A stretch of DNA of 64,000 nt from a candidate division FCPU426 bacterium (GTDB lineage Bacteria; Oederibacteriota; Muellerivitia; Muellerivitales; Muellerivitaceae), in NCBI GenBank assembly GCA_963796105.1, contig CAWCKJ010000013.1, forward strand, positions 1 to 64,000, written 5' to 3'. Below, one piece after another: positions 21,408 through 30,178 of this stretch. Each line of letters opens with the position of its first letter. The first letter of the stretch is position 1. Under the pieces are notes generated by a model that did no database searches, was not told the origin of the DNA, and saw only the letters and a list, made by a program, of their open reading frames with translations. The position numbers were made by a program, and so were the translations under genes.

Positions 21408-22373
21408 ATGGAAATAACCGCCTTTCTGAATAATGAAAAACCCGTTCTAATCTCAATAAACAAGACATTTCACGCTTTAGCAATTGTTTTTTTTATAAAC
21501 GCTATTTTGTGTGTAGGAAAGCTCGTAACGGGTTTTGTCGTGAACTCATTTGCGATGGTTGCAGACGGGTTCCATTCACTTTTTGACGTTGCGGCAAATG
21601 TAGTGTGTCTACTAAGCCTTATAATTGCGTCGAAACCACCTGATGCCGATCATCCCTGTGGCCACCGAAAATTCGAGGTTCTTGCGGCTTTAGGTATAGC
21701 GGTCATTATGGGCGTGACTTGCTTGGAAATTCTGGAAAGTGCGTTTCATAAGTTACAACATGTAGTCATAACACCATCGCCAAATGCATCTTCATATTTC
21801 GTGATGATATTTACTATGACTGCCAATTCCTGGTGCGCATGGTATGAAGGAAAGAAAGCGAAAGTTTACCAGAGTTCAATATTGGAAGCGGATAGTTCTC
21901 TCACTTTCAGCGATATTCTTTTATCGGCTTCTGTTATGGTTTCCTTAATATGTGCCCATTTTGGGTTTGGTTGGGTTAACCTTTTAGCTTCAGGTTTTGT
22001 AGCTTTGGTGGTTGGATGGGCAGCTTGGAAAATTGTCGAAAAAGCAGTTTGGGTACTTTCGGATCGAGCTATTTTAGACCCCGGCATAGTGGCGAGTATG
22101 GTGAGATCTATTACTGGAATTATCTCGTGTAATAAAATTAGGAGTCGTGGGATGCAGGGTAATATATTTATTGACTTGCATGTTCAAGTATCGCCGAAAT
22201 TAACAACATTGAAATCTCATGCATTGACCCATCAAGGTATGACCACCGTAAAAGATGCCATAGATGGGGTAAAGGAAGTTTATGTACATACAAGAGCCTG
22301 TCAAGACTGGGAAAAACATCCATTAAAAGGCAAAATTACGTGGAAATCTTATCAGTTGATTAAAAAGCATTAA
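21408..22373 (+). CDS. Cation diffusion facilitator transporter (FieF-like)
   Basis: SFAMVADGFHSLFD, KPPDADHPCGHRKFE, IRSR...IFIDLHVQV, EVYVH. Confidence 0.9.
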   Translation: MEITAFLNNEKPVLISINKTFHALAIVFFINAILCVGKLVTGFVVNSFAMVADGFHSLFDVAANVVCLLSLIIASKPPDADHPCGHRKFEVLAALGIAVIMGVTCLEILESAFHKLQHVVITPSPNASSYFVMIFTMTANSWCAWYEGKKAKVYQSSILEADSSLTFSDILLSASVMVSLICAHFGFGWVNLLASGFVALVVGWAAWKIVEKAVWVLSDRAILDPGIVASMVRSITGIISCNKIRSRGMQGNIFIDLHVQVSPKLTTLKSHALTHQGMTTVKDAIDGVKEVYVHTRACQDWEKHPLKGKITWKSYQLIKKH

Positions 22374-22449
22374 AAGAGTGATCGATCAGGATAACGAAAA
22401 TAAAATTGTGTGTGGACATAAAAACATCATTTAGGAAATATTAAATTAA

Positions 22450-24648
22450 TTGAAGGACAATATGCTGCTAAACAATAAAATATTACCTTCTTTTAACATT
22501 TTCCTCTTCGTAATCTTCATTCTTCTAGTAGGACTAAATGCTCTTTTGTCTTATTCCCATTTAACGTGGTCTATAAAATTCGTAGTCGGGATATTAGGTT
22601 TTGGAACCATGGGTTGGATTTATATTAAAAATAGGCTCCTCTTTTCAAGCGCTGGAAACCCCCTTTACACCAAAGAAATATTTGTTCCAAAAAAATGGTT
22701 GATAATTTTAGTTCTTTTTTTAGCCTTGGTGGCTCGCCTTTATAAATTAATCACTTATTTGTCATTTCCTATTCCGGATGAGGTTATCAACGCCTATAAC
22801 GCAATACATATGAAAGACCAATGGAGTTGGAATTATTTTTATTTCACGACCCAAATGCCCCCTTTTTACATCTGGCTGTTGGCGTTGGTATTCAAGATTG
22901 GAGGGGTCAATAACCTAAGTCTTTGGCTGACGCCGGCTCTTTTATCATTTCTTAGTGCAATTTTCTATTATCAGGCTTTCCGTGAGATTTTCTCATGGTC
23001 GCTATCTATTATTTGTCTTCTGCTTTTAGCTATTGGTTTTTGGCCTGTTTTTCTTGGGCGTTTTTCTCATAATTCCGTACTCATGATTTTTTTTGAAGCA
23101 ATTGTCTTATGGTTTTTAGCAAAGTTTTACAAGGCGGACTCAACCCGAGAACGCACTGGTTTTGCCATTGCCCTCGGAATTTGTTTAGGCCTAGGTTTTT
23201 ATACTTACTTTGGTTGGCCATTTGTCGCGCTTTGGGTCTTTCTGGCGGTATGTATTATCTCCGCCCGTTTCGGAAAACAGGGAAAGGTTCTTTTAGCACT
23301 GGTTATGACCTTCACCGTACTCTCAGCCATTCCGTTGATAATTTCCGCCTTGAAGGAAGGATTCGGATCCTATCTTCAAAACCTTTTCATTATTAGCCCT
23401 AATTCTTTAAAAATCTTTCAGTGGGATTTTCAAGGAAGTTTTATTTACATTATTAGCTTTCTATGGACAGGATACACGGGTTATTTCACATATAACCCCC
23501 AGTGGGGTGGCCTCCTGAACCCGGTTTTTGGTAGTTTTTTTATTATGGGCATGATTGAGTTGTTCCGACATTGGAAATATCCTTTAGCAAAGTGGATGTT
23601 GGTTGGTTTCATTGTTTTATTAGCCCCCTGTTTTCTCGCTCACAACTCTAACTGGTTTCACGTGGCTTCCTTAATGCCTCTCTTTATTGTCGTCACGGCA
23701 TGGGGATTCAGCGCTTTTTGGTTTGTGTTTCCTAGGGGAACAGCAAAAATTTTCATTGCCATGATTCTGCTCTTATTTTCTATTTTTCTGGATTGGATCA
23801 ATTTGGAAAAAACTATGAGCATCGCTGATAGAGATAATTCCGCTTTGAACCCCACTGTGTGGACTTGCAATAATCTAGCGAAATTCGCTCAAAAAAATGG
23901 TCCCGGTCGGGTTTACTCCGACTTCTGTCTTGATTTCACCACACCGCATACGACCCTTATTCCAAATACTTCTGGCCAGTTTACGCCTCTTTTCACTAGC
24001 CACTGGCTACCTTGCTATTTATCTTTAGGTACCTATTCCATCAATACCTTAATAAATCCTTCATTTCGACAAAACCAGGCAACATGGGCTGTCCTTACAA
24101 CGGACGAATGGGCCCAGTCATTATTATCCAAATGGTTTTCTGGAGCCTACTTTTTCTCCAACCTGAACCATCAAGTACACGATCGTTCTGATAATAGCCT
24201 CGTGGCAGTCCTCCCACTAACGTCTGAAAATAGGTTGATTTTGGACGACTGGAGAGAAGCAGATCGAATTTTGCGCGAATCGGATTACAAACAGTTCAAC
24301 CACCCTTTTCAGCAGCCCTACGATAGCATCATTCTTTTTCTCAAGGGTCATGAATCCATTTTTCGGGGAAATTCCTTTTTGCGGTTCTGTTATTGGGGAA
24401 AACTTGGTTATCTTTACTATATGAATCAACAATTTGATCTAGCTCTTTCAGCCTATCAAAAAGCCCTTCAAAACGGGGCTAATGGTTTTTTGTATTTCGA
24501 GCTTGCTAATATTTATGAAATAAAAAATCTCTATTCTGATGAAAAGGATGCATTGCTTCAAGCGGCGAAGTGGGACTCATTTTACCAGCCTCGATCGGAG
24601 GATTTAAAAAGGTTAGATGCATTAATAGTCCAAACCCATACCAGATAA
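22450..24648 (+). CDS. GT39/ArnT/PMT-like polytopic glycosyltransferase with C-terminal TPR; last codons replaced by the IS
   Basis: RLYKL......PDE motif, PPFYIWL, many TMs, C-terminal TPR helices. Confidence 0.75.
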   Translation: MKDNMLLNNKILPSFNIFLFVIFILLVGLNALLSYSHLTWSIKFVVGILGFGTMGWIYIKNRLLFSSAGNPLYTKEIFVPKKWLIILVLFLALVARLYKLITYLSFPIPDEVINAYNAIHMKDQWSWNYFYFTTQMPPFYIWLLALVFKIGGVNNLSLWLTPALLSFLSAIFYYQAFREIFSWSLSIICLLLLAIGFWPVFLGRFSHNSVLMIFFEAIVLWFLAKFYKADSTRERTGFAIALGICLGLGFYTYFGWPFVALWVFLAVCIISARFGKQGKVLLALVMTFTVLSAIPLIISALKEGFGSYLQNLFIISPNSLKIFQWDFQGSFIYIISFLWTGYTGYFTYNPQWGGLLNPVFGSFFIMGMIELFRHWKYPLAKWMLVGFIVLLAPCFLAHNSNWFHVASLMPLFIVVTAWGFSAFWFVFPRGTAKIFIAMILLLFSIFLDWINLEKTMSIADRDNSALNPTVWTCNNLAKFAQKNGPGRVYSDFCLDFTTPHTTLIPNTSGQFTPLFTSHWLPCYLSLGTYSINTLINPSFRQNQATWAVLTTDEWAQSLLSKWFSGAYFFSNLNHQVHDRSDNSLVAVLPLTSENRLILDDWREADRILRESDYKQFNHPFQQPYDSIILFLKGHESIFRGNSFLRFCYWGKLGYLYYMNQQFDLALSAYQKALQNGANGFLYFELANIYEIKNLYSDEKDALLQAAKWDSFYQPRSEDLKRLDALIVQTHTR

Positions 24649-24755
24649 TATGTATGGGCCAGCAACCTACGTAGTAGCTTTGATCAATAGCAGCTGATCA
24701 AAATAACGCGGGTTGCTCCTAGTGAGGAGCCTATCCGCATATGGAGGGCTGACCC

Positions 24756-25859
24756 ATGGGAAATAATAGCACGGTGGTAGGGCTGGATGTTCATAAGGAA
24801 ACGATCACGATTGCAGTATTAAGGCCTGATAAGGATCGTCCTGATCCCTCAGTCACGGTTGAAAACCAGCCATCAATCATTGAAAAGAAAGTACGGGAAC
24901 TTAGTCGCCGCCATGCCTCATTGGAATTTGTTTATGAGGCCGGACCCGGCGGATTTGCTTTATATAGGCAACTCACCCAATTGGGGCACCCTTGCGCTGT
25001 GATCGCGCCATCATGGACGCCGATGAAACCTGGGGACCGAGTCAAGACGGATCGGAAGGATGCGGAAAAGCTGTCTTGGTATTGGCGCATGAGGGATTTG
25101 AAAGAAGTTCGGATACCTACACCGGAAGAAGAATCCGTGCGGGATTTGCTGCGTGTTCGGGAAGATGTTCTCGCGAACCAATTGAGAGCCCGTCATCGGT
25201 TATTGAAATTCCTGCTTAGGCAAGGCCGGATTTACCGTGATGGTAAGCACTGGACCCAAGCCCATCGGAAATGGCTGGGACAGCAGAAATTCGAACTGGA
25301 ATATCTCACGAAAACCTATGAAGCGAATTATCGTAGTTTGAGTGAAACTGACGTACACCTTGATGATTTGGATAAAGAAGTAGAGTTCCTGGCGCAAAAT
25401 GAGAAATACAGAACAGCCGTCGGTTATTTGAAATGCTTAAAGGGTGTCAACACACTCACGGCAATGACCTTGTTGGCGGAAAGTGGTGATTTCAGACGAT
25501 TCAAAAATGCGCGCAGTTATATGCGATACACAGGGATGGTCAGTTGGGAAGACAGCACTGGAACCCATGTTTACAGGGGAGGGATTGTCAAATCCGGAAA
25601 CGCCCATTTGAGGCGGGTGTTGGTACAAGGGGCGTGGACCTATCGAGTACGAAGCCTTGGGAGTTCAACTTTGGCTAAACGCAGGAAGGGATTTCCCCCG
25701 GAAGTTATACATCTGGCTAGAAAAGCAGACGAACGGTTGCATTTGAAGTTTCAGCGGATGGTAAGTCGGAACAAACGTTCTCAGGTGGCGGTAGTGGCCA
25801 TCGCGAGAGAATTGGCTGGTTTTATCTGGGCGATTGGGCAAATGATCCCAATCAATTAA
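24756..25859 (+). CDS. IS110 DEDD transposase/recombinase
   Basis: VGLDVHK, YEAG, KTDRKDA, EDSTG (candidate catalytic Ser), GNAHLRRVL, VAIARELAGFIW. Confidence 0.95.
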   Translation: MGNNSTVVGLDVHKETITIAVLRPDKDRPDPSVTVENQPSIIEKKVRELSRRHASLEFVYEAGPGGFALYRQLTQLGHPCAVIAPSWTPMKPGDRVKTDRKDAEKLSWYWRMRDLKEVRIPTPEEESVRDLLRVREDVLANQLRARHRLLKFLLRQGRIYRDGKHWTQAHRKWLGQQKFELEYLTKTYEANYRSLSETDVHLDDLDKEVEFLAQNEKYRTAVGYLKCLKGVNTLTAMTLLAESGDFRRFKNARSYMRYTGMVSWEDSTGTHVYRGGIVKSGNAHLRRVLVQGAWTYRVRSLGSSTLAKRRKGFPPEVIHLARKADERLHLKFQRMVSRNKRSQVAVVAIARELAGFIWAIGQMIPIN

Positions 25860-26133
25860 TGATGGATCTATGAGAAGAAAAAGAAGGCGGAGTTTTGATT
25901 CCAGGAGCTTAGCGCGGTACGGAGAATCCTCAACAATACTTTGTGCAATGAGGCTTAATATCATTATGCACGTACCCAGATTGAGGCAGCTCCCGACGAC
26001 AGGTCATCATGCGTCCCTGCCAATGTTGGCAATACGCGAATATCAGTTTGATCAACCGTCGGAAATGGCTACGCTCTTGGAATCAGGGCTCTGTCGTGCT
26101 GGTCCGTGAAAAGACCAACACCCTAGAATCTGA
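25860..26133 (+). ncRNA. Candidate bridge/seek RNA of the IS110
   Basis: Two stem/internal-loop/hairpin modules whose loops match the target and donor junction sequences. Confidence 0.6.
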
Positions 26134-26342
26134 AGGTTGACTGGCCCATACATATCAGTATTAGCCATAATTAAATTTTTACATGGATTGATGGCAGATT
26201 GGTAGGTTCTGATTAATTCGTATTTCTCCAGTCTTAATTGAAGAATCATATAGATATAAATGTGATGTAGGGTGCCTGGTTTAGAGACACTTTTATAATA
26301 GCGAATATATCTAGTGGATGATAAAGCTGAATAATCCATAAT

Positions 26343-27716
26343 TGATAAACGTCAGATCATCGATGACTTAAAGATACGTCACATCATCGATAACTCCCCA
26401 GGAGGGCTCTTAGCCCTCCTGGGACAACCTCTTTCTACCGCAGTTTGTAATCGTACTCCTCCGCCTTCAAGCCATCATGGAACAGTTCTAGTTTCTGCCT
26501 TCGAACATCTACTGTCCCCACTACATACTCATGGGTTAGACTTTTAGGCACTTCGAACATCTCTCCGAACATGTTCAACCGGTGGTTGCTCCGTATCAGC
26601 CGAACCAAGTGGTATTTCCCACTCGTCGGTTTGGACAACGGATGTTGGGGTGGTTGGGTTTCGTAAGGAAATCTCGGCTTCTCCCCCAATCCTTCCAGGG
26701 CCTGTAAAGGCGTCCTGCCCTTGAGCTTGCTGTAGCGGTACCGGCTGTTGTGTTTGTTCTCGAACCCGAGAGATTTCGTCCACAGAGCCTTTCCCGGTCT
26801 CAGGTTCACTTTCCCCAGGAATTTTTGTTCGTAGTGGTCGTTGAACTTTTCCGCCACTCCGTTGCGCCAGGGCTCTGCCGGTGGAATGAACCACAATTCA
26901 ATGCCCTGATGCAGGCAAAGCCGGATTAAAGGCCCCATTCCCCTCGGATACTTCGGACTTCCATAAAACTCCTCGGCGTTATCCACCTGGAGGTTCTGGG
27001 GGATTCCCAAACGCCTCCAAATGGCCCAGAATGCGTTAAAAACGCTCTGCCCATCCCTTCCCAACGACGGTTGGATTCCACAACGTCCCGTGGCCAGGTC
27101 CACTGCGTTCAAACTGTAAAACCGAGGTCCTCCCAAAAGGTAATTCGGTCCCACCCAGTCCGCTTGCTGCAGCTCATTCACAGCATGTCCTGAAAGCTTT
27201 GGATAGGGCGTTCCTTTGGCAAAATACCGCCCCGTCCTTCGATGGGTCAGTTGATTGCGCCTCAGGATTCGGTCCACAGTACTGGGCGATGGAAGCGATT
27301 GAATCCCCAGGTCCGCCAACTCACCCAGTATGGCTTGCGTTCCGCAAAACACCCCCTGGTTGTAGAGTTGGAGACGAACCATCTGAACGGCCTTTTCAAT
27401 TTCCTCCTTCGTGCGATCCGGATAGCGTTGCCGGGCTCTCGATCCCTCGACGTACCAAGCCTTTTTTTTTGGTCTTATAACGCTTCAGCCATTTGTAGAG
27501 CCAAAATTTGGAATGCCCCAAGGCTCTACAGATGGCGGTGGGACTTTCACCCTTTTGGTACTTTTCCACAGCTAAAATGCGTTCTTTTTGCGCTTCCTCC
27601 TTCATGAATACCTCCCTTTCAAGAGATGTTCATGAGTATAATTTTTACTCCTTCTAAAGAGGCAGTCATCAATGATGTGACGTTTTTAACGGTTAGCGAT
27701 GATCTGACGTTTATCA
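26343..27716 (-). mobile_element. IS481-like insertion sequence
   Basis: 20-bp terminal IR TGATAAACGTCAGATCATCG, with internal degenerate copies; 6-bp target duplication CATAAT at 26337-26342 and 27717-27722. Confidence 0.9.
26435..27605 (-). CDS. HTH + rve (DDE) transposase, split by one extra A in an A9 run at 27462-27470
   Basis: QQADW, QVDNAEEF, PWRNGVAEKFN; removing one A gives the continuous KKAWYVEGSRARQRYPDRTKEEIEKAVQMVRL. Confidence 0.85.
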
Positions 27717-28125
27717 CATAATCACTTATGTTTATGACTCAACAAAGTCGAGTATTAAAAATACGCAGAAAATCCACTGAAATAAATGAAGAAAATAAAT
27801 AAATTGGGCAATTATTTTTCTCCTTAAAAACGTTATGCATTATGATTTGCCCATCAAGTCTTGAAAGATTACTTGTTTTTTATAGTATGAGTGAAATGAA
27901 TAGTATAAATGGGAACATTATGAACAATTAACGGGTATTTTTTACATAAGAAGAAAGCATTTAAAGCCTGGTAGAGTTTAGACGTGTTTACTATTAATTT
28001 TGATGGGCTCTGGTTTTTAGGGCCTACTGCGGCCCGAAGCCCCGGGCTAAATTCCGGGGAGACGCTTCACTTAGGTAAAATTTTGTTCATTGAAAACTTG
28101 TAGATATGTCTAAAAAAGGTGGTTT

Positions 28126-28941
28126 ATGATCGAACACTTGGATGACTCAAAATACGCAAAGGGAACAGGCTTATTTTCAATTTATAACCGCGTCGAATTT
28201 CCTTCAGATGTTAAAAAACGCAGCTTGGCCCTATTGGAGTTCGGGACCGAGACTCTTTTAGAAAACGATTTTATCATATTAGATTTTGTTCCTTTTCCAG
28301 GTTTAGGAAACATGGGGCAGAGTGAAATTTTGAAATATTCGTGGATACTATCTGAATCCCACAGGGTTTTAATTTATGACCCCGTGAAGAAGAGATTGAT
28401 TGATGAACTTTATACTTGTAGTCCTGAGAAGGATGGAAATTTGATGATGCAAAAAACTATGAAACTTATTGGAAAACCAGTAAAGAGCATCCATTTAAAT
28501 GAAATTGTAAGCAAAGAATTGGCATTACAAGAGGAACCTGAAAAGTTGTTTCACTCCGTGGGAGCTGCGTCTAGTCGCCTGCGCTTGGCTCCGGATTCTA
28601 ATTATTGTGTCTCATCGGTATTTTTTGATATTCCGGAGGGAAAATTAGATGAGGATCGTTTAGAAGTTATGCTGACTCAGGCGCTTAATAAAGACGACCA
28701 AAAACCAGTTATTGAATCAACTTGCCGTTATGATCCTCAAGGTTATACTTATATACACCAATCACCGAAACATTTCGCTGGACTTCATAGTTATCCTGGA
28801 ACCTTGAAATCAGCTCATTTGAGTCTTATAGGTACAGGAAACGCGATTGTTTCTGTGTTGGAAGATGTTGAGGATGTGGTTTATAAGAGAAAAAAAACAG
28901 AGCCTACTATCAGTGTGAAAATTGTTGCAGAGGGTTTTTAA
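28126..28941 (+). CDS. Pyruvoyl-dependent AdoMet-decarboxylase-like protein with two SpeD-like halves
   Basis: ILSESH...ELYTCS in the N-half; YDPQGYT...GLHSYP in the C-half, echoing SpeD F.PQG...ESH.SIHTWPE...FTCG. Confidence 0.55.
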   Translation: MIEHLDDSKYAKGTGLFSIYNRVEFPSDVKKRSLALLEFGTETLLENDFIILDFVPFPGLGNMGQSEILKYSWILSESHRVLIYDPVKKRLIDELYTCSPEKDGNLMMQKTMKLIGKPVKSIHLNEIVSKELALQEEPEKLFHSVGAASSRLRLAPDSNYCVSSVFFDIPEGKLDEDRLEVMLTQALNKDDQKPVIESTCRYDPQGYTYIHQSPKHFAGLHSYPGTLKSAHLSLIGTGNAIVSVLEDVEDVVYKRKKTEPTISVKIVAEGF

Positions 28942-29313
28942 TTATTGTTCAAATTATCACGGTGGATGAGTTGCTACATCCTATTTTTAATAATTCACCT
29001 AAAGACTCGACATTTTTTCCTTAAAATTCGTAAACACATCATTGGCTGGTAATTGTTTTTAAATGAACTAAAAGAATATTTAAGAATTAGCATTAATAAA
29101 AACTCCTAGTTAAGAAAAACCGTTTGAGGTCTTGATCAAGATTCCGAAGACAATCCACCCTAACAAACACTTGGAAATTACATGTAATTTTAAAGTTCGG
29201 AAGATTTGTTGCGTAATATTTTCATCCTGTGAAAAATACATAAAAAATTTACTTTAGAATAATCCTTCTTCAAAAAAAGGTTATACTCGTGTAAGCTGTA
29301 AAGTGTAATTTAA

Positions 29314-29970
29314 ATGTGTTTGCAAGGGAAACTCATGGGTTTTTTAAATATTATTTCGAACGCATTTAACCGCATTTCGAAACAACATGCCGACTCATCT
29401 GATTGCCGTCAATTTAGAAAAGCAATCAAAAACAACTCAGATGATCACATATTGCGAACGCGTTTTGCAAAACATTGTTTACAATATTGTTTTGCGAAAA
29501 AGGAATTGGTTAAGGAACTTTGCTCGGAAGCCATTGAACAGTTTGAAACGATCACCCGAACAGATGTGTTTGATCCGGAATTTTTTTATTTGATGGGAAG
29601 GTTTTACCAGAATATAGACGAACGAAAAGCGCAATCTGCCTATCTGGAAGGGATTAAGCGTTTCAATCAATACATTGAAAAAAATCCAGGTCTGCGGAAT
29701 CAATTTATGGAGATCACTCTTGCGACGGCTTTAAATCTTCTCACTTTAAAATCTAATCCGATTGACCCAGAATTGGAGAAATTTTTTAAATTAGTCCGGA
29801 AATCATATCCTCTTCACATTAAGCGGGTAGAACTTGAAAAAGAAATAGAAAATCGGGAGTCTGATCCGGGACGTGTTCAACAATTAAAAGAAGAACTAAA
29901 ACGATTAAAAGCCACTCAAGACGAAAAAATGATAAATGCCAAAGAGAAGCCTTTACAAACGATCGATTAA
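29314..29970 (+). CDS. Hypothetical helical (TPR-like) protein with coiled-coil tail
   Basis: 218-aa ORF; DPEFFYLMGRFY...AQSAY TPR-like segment. Confidence 0.6.
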   Translation: MCLQGKLMGFLNIISNAFNRISKQHADSSDCRQFRKAIKNNSDDHILRTRFAKHCLQYCFAKKELVKELCSEAIEQFETITRTDVFDPEFFYLMGRFYQNIDERKAQSAYLEGIKRFNQYIEKNPGLRNQFMEITLATALNLLTLKSNPIDPELEKFFKLVRKSYPLHIKRVELEKEIENRESDPGRVQQLKEELKRLKATQDEKMINAKEKPLQTID

Positions 29971-30178
29971 ATTTAGAAATGAGATGGAAAATATTATTGC
30001 CATTCTGTTACAAAATCGTGGAATCAAGACCTGTAAACAATTTTATCGATAAACCTAAAAAGTAGAATTGGGACATAAAACGCCAAAGTTATAGTATTAT
30101 TTTGTTATAGATGATCAACATTTTGATTTTCAAAATGATTTTAATCTTAAAGCTCTAAGAAATTATGAGGTAATTTGG

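Larger units (their letters stand above)
24645..26158 (+). mobile_element. IS110-family element, IS1111-like subgroup
   Basis: Subterminal inverted repeats 24648-24668 and 26134-26155; CAG core at both ends; long 3' non-coding region. Confidence 0.85.

Noticed and set aside
25870..26109. 79-aa ORF downstream of the IS110 transposase
   Set aside because: Lies in the structured non-coding end; no recognisable protein features
26330..27737. dif-like site at the reconstructed IS481 target (CATAA-TCAC-TTATGTT)
   Set aside because: Central spacer is 4 bp rather than 6 and the arms match poorly
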